A stretch of 64,000 bases of DNA from Antedon mediterranea. Its lineage: Eukaryota > Animalia > Echinodermata. The notes under the pieces were generated by a model. It searched no databases, was not told where the DNA came from, and worked only from the letters and a program-made list of their open reading frames with translations. Where the stretch lies: positions 1,674,001 through 1,738,000 of the forward strand of contig NC_092673.1 of assembly GCF_964355755.1 (NCBI RefSeq). Reading direction: 5' to 3'. Shown in pieces: positions 1-13,115 of the stretch (the first letter of the stretch is position 1; every line of letters begins with the position of its first letter). The position numbers and the translations under genes are program-made.

Positions 1-117
1 TTGATAAGGTACATCACCATGGAAACGATCATGCAAGTATCTCTCTACTAAACTAGTTTTTCCTCCATACTCTTTGCCTAAAAGAACAACCTTGAGGTCT
101 ACTCGACTTCCACTCAT
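1..117 (-). CDS. RAB24: Ras-related protein Rab-24, first coding exon (truncated by window edge)
   Basis: Manual minus-strand translation from ATG at 117 gives [39 protein letters not shown]. This closely matches the Rab24 N-terminus, including its atypical P-loop GKEYxGKT. An upstream splice acceptor (tttattatttcag, AG at 219-218) suggests the exon starts at 217. Confidence 0.93.
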   Translation of the reverse strand, partial: MSGSRVDLKVVLLGKEYGGKTSLVERYLHDRFHGDVPYQ

Positions 118-656
118 ACTTTTTCTTTGTAAACTTCAGAATATAAATTTGTTTGTATAATATTAATACTGTGTACTTTGGCAAACTTCTAGGTAAACCA
201 GTCAGGAATTCATATTTCTGAAATAATAAAAATTATTAAGTTATTTAGCACAATTAGGCTAGGGCTACAGAAGTCATACTGTTTAAAAAGAATCCCAAAT
301 GTGAGAACATTTGTAACGGACTAGGCTAAATCAGGATTAAATAGAAATAGTACGGGATTCAGTAGCCTAAAAACTAGGAGGCTAGCCCTAGTGTTAATTA
401 TATATTACTATTTTAGATAGATTTAGGCTAAAGTATTGGTACTACTTGCTCGTACCGTGTATGTAGGGGGCCGGGAAAGGAATAGTGTTTGGGATAAACC
501 AGAGAGAGGGCGCGGTTCAAAACAAGGAGATGGTGTCTTACCAGGGAGGGAGGAGTACACACTAAAATACAGTAAGTGAAGTAGGCCTAGCTAGGCCTAG
601 GCCTAGCCTATTTAGCTAGCCTAGTCTCTAGACCTAGGCCTAGTTAATATACTTAC

Positions 657-977
657 GGCCTAATTCGATCTACTATTACGTTGTGTAGTTTAAGATACGA
701 TGACCAGACAGCATGTGACAATCGATGATTATTGTAGCCTACGTTTATTTATGACTCAAAAATGACAGTCCTTGTTTTTTTTTTGCAGCCTAGCCAGAGG
801 AAAAAGGTGAAAGGTTATGATTATGACACACTCATCATGACGTCGATGATGACGTAATCGACGATGATTCGACGTGCGAGCGGCAACATTTAGATGGTCG
901 ATGGCGTGGGAAAATCCCAGTTTTTACCTTGATATTGTTCCTAAATGGTGGTACGTAGCCTAGGCTAGACCTGTAAT
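657..977. promoter_or_regulatory. Putative bidirectional promoter and non-coding first exons of RAB24 and BRF2
   Basis: CpG-rich patch bounded by outward-facing GTAAGT donors (minus at 656, plus at 978). These could pair with the acceptors just upstream of the two start codons (218 minus; 1511-1512 plus). CRE/ATF-like motifs ATGACGTC (837-844) and ATGACGTAAT (849-858). TSS positions cannot be determined. Confidence 0.55.
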
Positions 978-1524
978 GTAAGTAATAAAAGCCTAGGATT
1001 CTATTTTTGCTGTAAATAATTAGATTGTTTTGAGTAGTATTACAGTATAATATTAAGTCTAGTGTAGGCTAGGCATATCCTATCATTCTGATTGAGATTC
1101 GAGAACGTTGACCAAACGTTGTCGGACTCTCTGGGTTGAGTGGAATTTATAGTCTGTAGATAGGCAGAACGGCCTAGGCCTAGCTCTAGCTACTGAAGCA
1201 GTAGGTAAAACATGAAATGCCATCTTTGGTGTGTTGATTAAGAAACAATTTGTATATCAAATTATCTGTGGCCTACGTCTCTCCTTTAAATCAAGGCTTT
1301 ATATATAAATTAAATATATATATTTTTTATTCCTATTGGAGTATTTAAATAATTATAAAAATAAAATATTACTCATTTATTATCAATTCAAAACTTTATT
1401 CAATATTAATAAGTATATTTGTCTACAAATGTTATTTACTAGTAAGGTTTTGATATAATGATTTATGCGGTATACAATGATTTATGCGGTATAAAATGAT
1501 TTTTATCTATAGATAAAAAGAAAA

Positions 1525-2649
1525 ATGTCTAAGGTTACAATTTGTTCAGAGTGCAACTCCACTGATGTTGAAAATGAAAACATTAATGGACATACAACTT
1601 TGATTTGCCGTGGCTGCGGAACAGTCATCGATGATAACGACATCAATGAAGAAAATCATGATGCTGCTCCCATCTTTCACAGCAGTGCGAACTTAAAAGC
1701 ATTGGCACGCAATCGTAGAGTTACATGTCTAGATCAAAATGTTTCAAAAACGAAAATAATGTGGGGAGAAATGGTAAAAACATTCTGCAAACAATTTAAA
1801 TTTAGTGTAGAGATGGAGAAACAGGCCGTAGACTACAGCTATAAAGCATTTGAAATGAAAGAGTTTTACAAACGACACAGCGAACAAAAACGTGCACTTA
1901 GTGCATCCTGCGTTTATCTAACTTGCCGAATGCACAATTGGCCGGTGACGATAAACTACGTCATTGACTTGTGTAGCGTGCATCGTGAATATTTCGGAAC
2001 TGTGTTCAAACAGTTAGTGAATTGTTTAGGTATTAATTTGGAGTTTATGAAATTAGAAGAAATTATTCCAACATATCTTAAAGAAAGTGGACTTGAACAG
2101 TTGAATTTAGAAAAGAGTGTTCTTAACATTTGCTGTTTATCAAATGAAGCATGGTTAGTTTCTGGAAGACAGCCTATCCACTTGATCATAGCTGCGGCAT
2201 ATGTTGCATGGAGAGCAGTACCTGAAAACTTCAAAAAAAAAATTACAGATTTTTCAAATCGTCTGACAGGAAAGACAAAAACTTGGAAGACAAGAGTTAG
2301 AGAAATTGAAAATGTTTTGTTTAAACTTGCGTGCGCAATTCCGTGGAAATCATCAAACACCGTTAACCGTAACCGAATTGGCTTGTATGTGAATGATATC
2401 ATGAAATACAAGCTATCATTGTTTTCACAATTTCAAATAACTGATGACAATGATGAAGATGAGGTAGTTCCAGGCAAGATGGAAGAAGATCCAAAAACAG
2501 TTTCAGAATCACAAGAATTGACAGATGAAGACCTACCTGAGGACCAGCTGCATATGTACTTAAAATCTGAACAAGAAGTCGCTATGCAGAAAATTTATTT
2601 TGATGACTATTTAGAATCATTACCTCCCAGAAAAAAGGTCAAAGTTTGA
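1525..2649 (+). CDS. BRF2: Transcription factor IIIB 50 kDa subunit (TFIIB-related factor 2), 374 aa, single coding exon
   Basis: N-terminal Zn ribbon (CSEC...CRGCG) and two cyclin-fold repeats (ALSASCVYLTCR; WLVSGRQPIHLIIAAAYVAW, the latter BRF2-like). C-terminal segment DEDLPEDQLHMYLKSEQEV resembles the TBP anchor. Too short for BRF1. Ends in NLS-like PPRKKVKV. AATAAA at 2762. Confidence 0.9.
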   Translation: MSKVTICSECNSTDVENENINGHTTLICRGCGTVIDDNDINEENHDAAPIFHSSANLKALARNRRVTCLDQNVSKTKIMWGEMVKTFCKQFKFSVEMEKQAVDYSYKAFEMKEFYKRHSEQKRALSASCVYLTCRMHNWPVTINYVIDLCSVHREYFGTVFKQLVNCLGINLEFMKLEEIIPTYLKESGLEQLNLEKSVLNICCLSNEAWLVSGRQPIHLIIAAAYVAWRAVPENFKKKITDFSNRLTGKTKTWKTRVREIENVLFKLACAIPWKSSNTVNRNRIGLYVNDIMKYKLSLFSQFQITDDNDEDEVVPGKMEEDPKTVSESQELTDEDLPEDQLHMYLKSEQEVAMQKIYFDDYLESLPPRKKVKV

Positions 2650-3744
2650 TAACATTTCTTGGTTTATCACACCAAATCCTAAACTATGTTTTAATACAAT
2701 GATATTGCTTATGTTTGTTTTAAATTTTTTTTCACATAAGAAAATATTTTTGCATATTTAAAATAAAAAATATAATATTTAACAAAGTCCACTTTTAAGA
2801 TAAAAGAACGGGTTTATGATAAACAGAACTTCAGTTTTTAACTGCTTTACTAGCTTAAACCAGTTATCTTCTTTATACTTTAAAAATAATTAAAAAAAAC
2901 ATTTCAGTCCAACAAAGAAACATGAAATGGTGTTATAATGTAAAAGCATAGAAAATAACATCAGTATTATTTAATTTTTATTGAAATTTGTCATTAAAAA
3001 CTAAAAAAAAGTAATGAAAACAATAATCTATAATCTATGTAAATCAAAATGGCTGTGTTCAATGTGATTACATAGCGCCCTCTATCAAGCATCACTTGAT
3101 CGAGATTAAAAGTTTTTACTTCTTTATATTGATCACTCTCGCAATGCTATCATTAAATCCATATTGTATTATCATTGTTTAGTCAGATATATGTAATAAA
3201 ACAGTAGCTGATAACAAATTCTTTTTTAATAACAAACTTTTATTCCGTTTTTTTTTTGTAAATCCAAGTCAGTCGTGTATTACTTTTGTATTTAATATAT
3301 TTATTCTTCTTGTCTTTGCTGATAATCGTCCAAGAGCTCGTTAGTTTTGGTAGAATTTGATTTAATAATTAATTTAAAATGACAAAAAACGATATTTAAG
3401 ACGTATTATCTAGTGAAGATCACTGTAGATATGTTGTTAAAATCACTAGTGACTCATTTTGTCATGTATAGAGTAGAACATGCATCAATGCTGAGCTACT
3501 TTAGTTTCTAGAATTAGCACTTTAAAGTAAGTACTGCATGACGCGTCCTATCACATGATCTTGCTATGCCCACCAAATAATGAGTCACATGGGTATATCG
3601 GATTATGTTTACTGTACTTGAAATAATTTAGTTTGGGAGTTAAATTTTTTTTAAAGTTTTTAAAGCAGAAAGTTACTTTAAAATAGTTCTAAAAATATAT
3701 TTCGATAAAAGTAAGTTGATAGAATTGAGAAAGATACGACTTTA

Positions 3745-4002
3745 AAGCTCTGTCTACACTATCAAACTTATTGGTTTTCTAAGGGTCTCGACTTAAAAGC
3801 TTTGCTTTTTTCGAGTTCCCTTTTCCATAACTTCTTGACATTTTTTGTACATAGTTTTATGAAATAAATTGATTTTGATTGATTGATTAATTGACCAAAA
3901 AAGTGTGATGTATCCAAATATGGTAGTGATATGCTATCATTATGTCCGTATATGGGCACATCACATTTTGTCACATAAAGTTTGATAGTGTGGACAGAGC
4001 TT
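3745..4002. mobile_element. MITE family A, full copy with an internal insertion
   Basis: TIRs aagctctgtctacactatcaaact ... agtttgatagtgtggacagagctt, flanked by TA. The internal motif ccaaatatggtagtgatatg...gggcacatcaca is shared with other copies. About 3770-3890 is extra sequence ending in aataaa...(gatt)n, like a retroelement 3' tail. Confidence 0.8.
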
Positions 4003-6440
4003 TATGTGTAATATTACGTTTAAAAAAGTTACCGTATGTTATGATAATAGATAATATTTAAATATTGTATTCTATAGCAATATTAATATTTGGTGTTTTC
4101 ATATAATATTGTTTTGTTTGAAAATGAAATAAACATCTAAAACTAATTGTCATTTTACTTAATGCAGTTAGAACTCCTACTCCCCCGTTGAGGAGGAACC
4201 TACGTGACCCAGCAAAGTGTCACGTGACCCAGCAAAGTGTCCCACAGGAGTGGTTTTGTACTATAAAACTAAGAGTTAATGTTGCTTGTAGAATCGGAAC
4301 AGTTTTGATGTTTATAGTCGGCCGACTGCTGCCACGTGTATATCATATTAGTTAATTATATCATCGAATGCTTTACACATGTACACGTGACACATGTGCT
4401 GACAATTGACCCATTTACTCCAACGAATGACAACTTTATTATCAAACTACTAATTGTAAAATAATTCGCTTGCATCTCCTCCTCGTCGAAGAATCCGATT
4501 TAAACAATCACTTCTTTTTTTACAAAAGGAACATTAATAAAGCAGGTTGCTTTCTCAAATAAGTACAAATGTCGATAAACCAATGGATGATAAGAACGCA
4601 GTGACGCATGGCGCGTAATTATAGTTTCAGCCAATCAACGACTGATCTCGATGCATTATCTTACCAGTGGGAGCGATTAATTCATCTACAAGAAACTTCT
4701 GGTAAATATGATGTTTTGGGGCCAGTTTACCATTTGTTCGACTGTTTGTTACTATGTCACATGGTTCGTTTGGCTAGCCAATAACATTCTCCCAATGGAG
4801 CGTAATTGTCATGGTAACACACTGTGGCTGTTAATCATGTTATAACGGACACCTAACACAATCTATGATCAATTATATTTTGTTTCTTTTTGTCGTTTCT
4901 TTAGACCCATTATGTTTTTTTTTTATTATAGACGGCATCATTAAAATGAAATTTACAAGCTATAAGAAGATGATCATGTATGTTGGCCATAAATTACTCA
5001 GCGAACGAATCTTTTAAGTAGTTCAGTGTCTCAGATACCATTAAACTTTGATGGATACTGTAAGTGGACCGCTAAATAATAAAATGGATGCCAAATATCT
5101 CTCATAACTTCTCTATTGATTATCGTAAATATATATTGATTCAAAGAGAGACCACACTTAAATGTGATCACAAACTATAATAACTAAAATATAATTAATT
5201 GGAATATAGTATAAAAATGAATATTATAGTATAGATATAAGTCAGATTATTCGTCAACAGAACTAAGGCTGAGATTGTCTCAACGTTTCATTATATGCTA
5301 CACTTCAACCGTCTTCTGGTGTAGCTAGGAAAGTTGAGGCGAATATATGAAAATGGAAAAGCATAAAGCCTGTTTTCCATTATTGAACATATTCGCGCAA
5401 ATCGAACATTCTTGAGTTCTGATTGGTTACGCATTTTCTCCCGTCATTTTAGATATGCCTGCGAATTTAGTCAACACTTTCGATTCGCGCATAGCTTTTC
5501 CCACCTAGAATCTGTATCTATCCTGAGCGGCGGAAACCACCCGTTCGCTCCCCGTTGTGTGTAAATGGATAAGGAATAACATAGATTCCATATTTGTTAT
5601 TACCGTTACCGCTCGGTGTAAATTGGCCTTTAAGGTGGACTGGCAGTTTGTAAACTAAATCTAAATCAGGCTTGCTTTCAAAAGTAGATATTATATTAAT
5701 ACAAAGCCTGTGTCTTGACGTCTTGAAGTCTAAAATACACACAAAATTAACTTTTTCAGTTGCAATTATTATTCAGAGATGAATTCTGTTGAAAAGTACA
5801 TTTTGCATTTTCAGATAATAAGTTCAGAGATGACTATTGTAAAATTGTACCTTTAAAAGTTAAACCTGTAACATTGTGTCGAACTAGAAGATAACAGTCC
5901 ATCATGATAATACCCTGTCTTGTTCTTGGTAAATACATGCCGTTAGCCACTACTGCCAAGATAAAAGTTCGTACAAATCTTAGTTTATGTTTTTTGAAAA
6001 TTTGTCTATGACGCGCCCACTGTGCATCCCTTCGTCTTGTCGCAAACCTATTTCGTTGTGATATTCATATCTGAAGAACATTTTGATTTATTGCTGATAA
6101 TGCTGATTCAATATCTAGCATTGCGTTCAAAATGATTCCTTGAAATATTTATAATACTGTCGTTAAATGAGTTGAAATCCATTCTGTAATTTTATTGAGC
6201 AATCACTGTAAAACATCGTCTTGTATATCTATGCCAAATCGTTACCTGAGAAAGATAAAAGGTGTTTTTTCTATATTTTTGAATATTTGATTTCTTAGTG
6301 TTGTTGAATGTTTTGTTTATTTTGTAGGTTATTTGGAACTTTTCCATTCCAAATGAATATACTAAAATTGTACTCACCTAAAAGCACCTGCATAATATTA
6401 TAACCCTGTGTAAAACCCTGTCTACACTATGAAACTTAAA

Positions 6441-7863
6441 ACGGACATAATTATGATAAACCAAACTAAGTGTGGAGCCATTGGTGACCAACCTTACGAA
6501 TACGGACATAATTATGATAAACCAAACTAAGTGTGGAGCCATTGGTGACCAACCTTACGAATACGGACATAATTATGATAAACCAAACTAAGTGTAGAGC
6601 CATTGGTGGCCAACCTTACGAATACGGACATAATTATGATAAACCAAACTAAGTGTGGAGCCATTGGTGACCAACCTTACGAATACGGACATAATTATGA
6701 TAAACCAAACTAAGTGTGGAGCCATTGGTGACCAACCTTACGAATACGGACATAATTATGATAAACCAAACTAAGTGTGGAGCCATTGGTGGCCAACCTT
6801 ACGAATACGGACATAATTATGATAAACCAAACTAAGTGTGGAGCCATTGGTGGCCAACCTTACGAATACGGACATAATTATGATAAACCAAACTAAGTGT
6901 GGAGTCATTGGTGGCCAACCTTACGAATACGGACATAATTATGATAAACCAAACTAAGTGTGGAGCCATTGGTGGCCAACCTTACGAATACGGACATAAT
7001 TATGATAAACCAAACTAAGTGTGGAGCCATTGGTGGCCAACCTTACGAATACGGACATAATTATGATAAACCAAACTAAGTGTGGAGCCATTGGTGGCCA
7101 ACCTTACGAATACGGACATAATTATGATAAACCAAACTAAGTGTGGAGCCATTGGTGGCCAACCTTACGAATACGGACATAATTATGATAAACCAAACTA
7201 AGTGTGGAGCCATTGGTGACCAACCTTACGAATACGGACGTAATTATGATAAACCAAACTAATTGTGGAGCCATTGGTGGCCAACCTTACGAATACGGAC
7301 ATAATTATGATAAACCAAACTAAGTGTGGAGCCATTGGTGGCCAACCTTACGAATACGGACATAATTATGATAAACCAAACTAAGTGTGGAGCCATTGGT
7401 GACCAACCTTACGAATACGGACATAATTATGATAAACCAAACTAAGTGTGGAGCCATTGGTGGCCAACCTTACGAATACGGACATAATTATGATAAACCA
7501 AACTAAGTGTGGAGCCATTGGTGACCAACCTTACGAATACGGACGTAATTATGATAAACCAAACTAAGTGTGGAGCCATTGGTGGCCAACCTTACGAATA
7601 CGGACATAATTATGATAAACCAAACTAAGTGTGGAGCCATTGGTGGCCAACCTTACGAATACGGACATAATTATGATAAACCAAACTAAGTGTGGAGCCA
7701 TTGGTGACCAACCTTACGAATACGGACATAATTATGATAAACCAAACTAAGTGTGGAGCCATTGGTGGCCAACCTTACGAATACGGACATAATTATGATA
7801 AACCAAACTAAGTGTGGAGCCATTGGTGACCAACCTTACGAATACGGACATAATTATGATAAA
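6441..7863. repeat. Tandem array, 61-bp unit, about 23 near-identical copies
   Basis: Unit acggacataattatgataaaccaaactaagtgtggagccattggtg[a/g]ccaaccttacgaat repeats head-to-tail with no spacers. Confidence 0.97.
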
Positions 7864-10800
7864 TACAAAAATAGAATAATAAAAGGAGAATGAAACTCAA
7901 ATCTTGAACTTTAAAAAAATAGAGAAACATCATAGAGACATAAATCGTTTTAAATATTATTATTATTTAAACATTGAATTATGTCAATGTTTAAAAGAAA
8001 TGTAAAATATACTGCGTAATAAAAATGTTTACATTTTATGTAACGAGGCAATCTTTTGTTTGTCGAATGTGTTATAGGTAGGTCTGTTTCTATCCCGTCC
8101 TGTATTTTACGCAGTAGAAATATTTAATATCTTTGCACTTAATTTAGCTTATTCAACAACCATTAACATCAGCTTTCTGCGAGCAATATAACCATAGATG
8201 ATACCCAATATACATAAATCTTAGCGCTGATATCGGAATTATAATACCAAATAATCAGTTCGGACTAAACCAATGAAATCTCAATCCAGTTCTCAAATAG
8301 CCACATGAATTCCCCAGACATCCGCGCCGCGTGCTCCATCTCATTTTCTTAACATGAAGGCCTAGTTCATACGAAAGTGAAAGAGATTTACTAAAATAGC
8401 AAGATTAACTTCTAATGTTGAAGAAAAATACGTTTTCGCCGACTTTATAATATCAAAACTATCCAATTAATATTGTGATTAAGAACTATTTAGCGATACT
8501 TAAGCAGATTCTTATGATGTTCTAGCTCTAGGCATTTACATCTGTCGGCTTCTGGATCGGTATGTAGGGAGGAGTATGACCGGCGCTCGAGCCTAAACAT
8601 TACGTGGCCTACTCACTTTTAAGATTATTTTTTTATTGATACTGAAATTATTTCATAGGGTTAGGCTAACAACACAAGATTCGTGTTCCTTTTTTAGAAC
8701 TTAAATAATTCGTTAATTGTTCTACTTTCATTTTTTCCATCATTTATAAATTTATGGTATCATTAAGGATAACGATAGGCATACGCCGCTTATGCAAAAA
8801 TATAATTCTTTAAGAATTAGTAAGTTTTACTTTCTGTTGTGATACTTGTAACCATTTATTTTAAGCAAGTTAACTTAGTGTACGCGCGTGTTTGAAACTG
8901 TCATCAACACTAATTTAAGTGTGAAATAGTGTGTTCAATTTAAGAACGAACAAGAAATCAAATGTCTTAATTAGCCAAAAAGATATTAGCAATAGCATAT
9001 AAATCTTTAATGTGACCACTCATCGACACGTGTGTATAATAAGTACCGTACAACACACGTTAAAAGGTGTTGAATTATCAATAATACAATCAGACTGATG
9101 TCTTGTTAGAAACAAAACTCGCTTGCTAATACCATCTGTTAACTTTCAAAAAAATGTAACCCATTGCAGAGCGAATCTGCAATCATATATTAAAAATAGA
9201 TAATTGACTTGAGTCAAGTTTTAAATAATACTAATCCAGCTTCTTAAGCACGTACTTAAGTACTCTTAAGCACGATATAATATTCGTATGAATGTCAATG
9301 GATTGGTAATTAAGATGAAGTTAACCAACGCATGTGCACTGATTTGGAACAAGATGAAACAGCGCGTAACAGAACGAATCAAAACACTTGATATTCAACT
9401 TCTGAGTAATCACAAGATGAATGCACATAAAAATAAACGACTTTTGAAGAAATTATCTAACGAATTTTTTCAACTGATAAGTTACTGATATATCATTCCA
9501 ATTCGTGATTTTTGTCTGATTATTATCGATAGTTTTAATCGAATTTAAGGTCTACCAAGTTAAGTGTTGATTTCCATATACAAACACTTTAATCAACTCT
9601 GTAGTTTTTAAACATAAACATAATTATTATAACGATATTGAAGAATAACTGATATACATGAACTTAATCAAATTACTCATCAATCTTTTTTTATTACTCA
9701 GAATTAATAAAAATATACACAAATTATTAATATGGGGTTTTAAATATGAACATTAAACAACACGTTTTGTTTTTAAAAAGTTATAAAAAATAGAATAAAA
9801 AAGTTACAGATTATTATATTAATACACTTCTCGGTTCCTCCTTTCGGTTTCACCCCCCCCCCCCCCCCCCAACCCCCACAAATATTAAACATATTCAGGT
9901 AAAGCAGACAAGTGACCCTTACGAAACTGAAATGGGCCGATGAAGTATAGATAAACATCAGTGACAAACTTACAAAAATGCAAAATGGTAAATATGAACT
10001 CAACATAATCCACAGTAAATATTCAAACAACAAAAATTATTTTATAGTCAAACATTTTTTTATATTAAACATTTTTTAATGACGAAAATTGAGTAATAAT
10101 CTCAGCGGTCGTCGAAGAATATGTTTCATTGGTGCTTTTCGAATTGCTGAGATTCGTAAAGATTTATATTCGTCACACGGCTTGTTAGATTCAAAAACTA
10201 TTATCGTTATACACAAGTCATTAGGCGAGATACTACACGATGTTTGAGACAATTTCTTCCGTTTTGTATTCCCTAATGATGTATATACACCGTACAGTTG
10301 AGATAAATTAAATCTAAAATAATTGTACATATACTTGTGGATGGTGTACGCTATGATTATTATGACTAGTACTTCACTCTTAATAACCTGATTTAATAGG
10401 TGATTTGAAACACTTGGCTGGCCGCGTGCATGTTCAATTCACGGCCTGTTGCGGCTACAGCGTTACTTTCAATTACTTTGAGCCAAAATACAAGAGTTTC
10501 TACCCTCACTTGTATACTTGATATATAATTATGAGTACTTGATTTTGTCTTCTTTTCACTAAGGCTTTGCTTTAACACTCTTAATCTCGATGTATTCTGT
10601 GATTTTAAGCACGTTATCACATGATATGCACTCGTGATAAATGGCGCGAAGAATAGTCGTTAACTTTTTGCCTCGTATCGTCTGCGTTTATGACGAAATT
10701 TGTTGAATCGAATACTGCAAATTGCCATTTGAGTATGTCCTAGTAATTCAAACATAAATCGAATTTTTAAATCTTGTAAGTGATGGCAATAATTTCAGAT

Positions 10801-12749
10801 AAATATCGAAAGATGATTAAAAAATATAAGATACTAGATATATAAGAACACTGAATATGGCCATAAATCAGGATCGCCTTCAATATGTTGTAATTCGATT
10901 TTATTGAAATATGTATTAGTTTATATCAAAATTAAATGCACATATCAATGAAAGTCTTTATGCTTGTCTATTCCAACTATTATAATTATTTTATTTTTAA
11001 TTTTTTATTCAAACTAAAGATGGGAACTTGTAACTGTGGCATAACAATTTAAAAAATGGCATATCATATTTTTGTTAAATGTTCCCAAAGTTGCAATAAA
11101 GATGATCAAATGCTTTAAAAAAAACGAAAACAGTTTCATAAAATTATATCAATATATTATAATAATTATTAATATACATCTCTAAAGGAAAATTACTTAA
11201 AAATGACAATGCTGTGGGTATCAGTGTCTGGATATCAATAGTGATAACAACAAAAAAAGCACTGAAAAATGAAAATGCTGTGGGTATCAGTGTCTGCATG
11301 ATATCAATGGAGATACAAAAAAAAAGGAAAAACCTATATCAAAACGATAAAGTAAAACAGCCAGAAATAAATTTGCTTTCGGGGCAAAACTGCCTTCCTC
11401 ATTTATAATAAGTGATATTTGTGCCTTTATCATTTGGTCATTACAAAAAATAATCGTTATTATATAATGTTTTAATATGGCCCTGTGTTAATATTATCAT
11501 TGCTTCTGAAACGCTACTACCCATAATATGCGAGCACATATAACAATTATTACTTGTTTTTAAAATATTTCATCTGGTTTTAGACGATGGAACGCCAGTT
11601 TAGAATGAAATCTCAGGTTCGCTTATCATTTTGTGGTTTTTACAAAAAGAAATCTTTGTTATAATTATTACTTGTATCATGTCAACCGTATGATCATTAG
11701 TGAGTTATTATTATTATATACATTTACTAATATTATCGTCTTAATATTTAATCATGTTTTCTCCGCCGTAGCTTTCCATACGATTTCTTAACATGAGGAA
11801 ACACGTTATGTTTTAACGAGTGAAGATCTGAAATGGAATAGATTGTATCAAATCGAATTTTAACGCCTTAGTAGATTGTTAACAATCAAATCACAATGAG
11901 TAATTATTATAGTTATCTTAGTACCAAATAAATCTATCTCTATCATATACCGTTAGACCATGTGTTATACTTAATGATGTAAAGATAGCTTTATTACAGT
12001 AATTTTTAAAAAGAAATCATTATTTTAATTGATATTAGACAATTTAAAGAACTTCGCGACTTTTTTTATTGGGATATTTTATTTGTAATGTCAGTAATTT
12101 ATGTTATCACTTTGTATGTATTTTTTATGATGATTTTCCAAATAAATTCAAATCAAATCATTGTACATAGTACATAGTTTTAAATACTAATAGCAAAAAA
12201 ATGATTATTAACTAGTTTTATTACATTAAGGATTAATTTTAATTTATAATGTTCAAACTACAAATTCAGACTCAATTAGCGATTGCCGCATCGAGTCTCC
12301 GCGCATAGACCTCATCATCATCGTAACAACGGTGAACAACAGTGAGAGAGCATTGATTCGATAAATTACTCTTTTGTGAATAAGTTAATTTCTAGATAAT
12401 CATTTCAATAAAAAGAAATAAAAGAAATAGCGGGTAATGACGAATTTTACTTTTTTTCTAATAAGCGATTCGCATCATTGATTATAATTTAATTTGAATA
12501 CAATTTGGCTATAAAGAATCGCACCTGTCTTCGATTCATTACCGTATAGTTTACAGCATAATGCTCTGTTAATACCGTTTCATCTTCAGACGAATTGACT
12601 CTTTATTGAGACAGTATTGGTTATCATCAAATGTGCAAGACTTTATCTGCATTAAGCTATTAATGAATCAGCATCAGTATAGTTGAAATATAAGCCTACC
12701 ATCACCATTTGATACAAAAGAAAATTTGTATTAATCACTATGAATATTC

Positions 12750-13115
12750 GTCATAATCATTTTCATCATCGTATAAATCATCGTCATGGTCGTCGTCATC
12801 GTCATGTTCGTCATCGTGATCATCGTCATCGTAATCATCGTCATGGTCGTCATCGTAATCATCGTCATCGTTGTTGTCATCATCAGCATCGTTGTCATCA
12901 TCGTCGTCATCAGCATCATCGTTGTCATCATCATCGTCATAGTCGTCATAATCATCATCATCATCATTGTTGTCATCATCGTCGTCATCATCATCATCGT
13001 TGTCATCATCGTTATCATCATCATTGTCATCATCATCGTCATAGTCGTCATAATCATCATCATCGTTGTAATCATCGTTGTCATCATCTTCGCTGTCATC
13101 ATCATCGTTATCGTC
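12750..13115. repeat. Degenerate (ATC/GTC)n trinucleotide microsatellite
   Basis: Runs of cat/cgt/tgt triplets. Explains the His-, Ile/Val- and Met/Thr-rich ORFs here. Confidence 0.93.

Noticed and set aside
1956-2411. 151-aa ORF antisense to BRF2
   Set aside because: Shadow ORF of a real gene, with no recognisable motifs.
4202-4241. Short local duplications (also about 1458-1492, 11208-11308, 18846-19010, 32234-32267)
   Set aside because: Two-copy slippage-type duplications with no sign of function.
6441-7863. CRISPR-like regular array
   Set aside because: Units abut with no unique spacers, there are no cas genes, and the context is eukaryotic. It is a tandem satellite.
9853-9877. Poly-C tract (possible G-quadruplex on minus)
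   Set aside because: A simple homopolymer with no supporting context; its length is error-prone.
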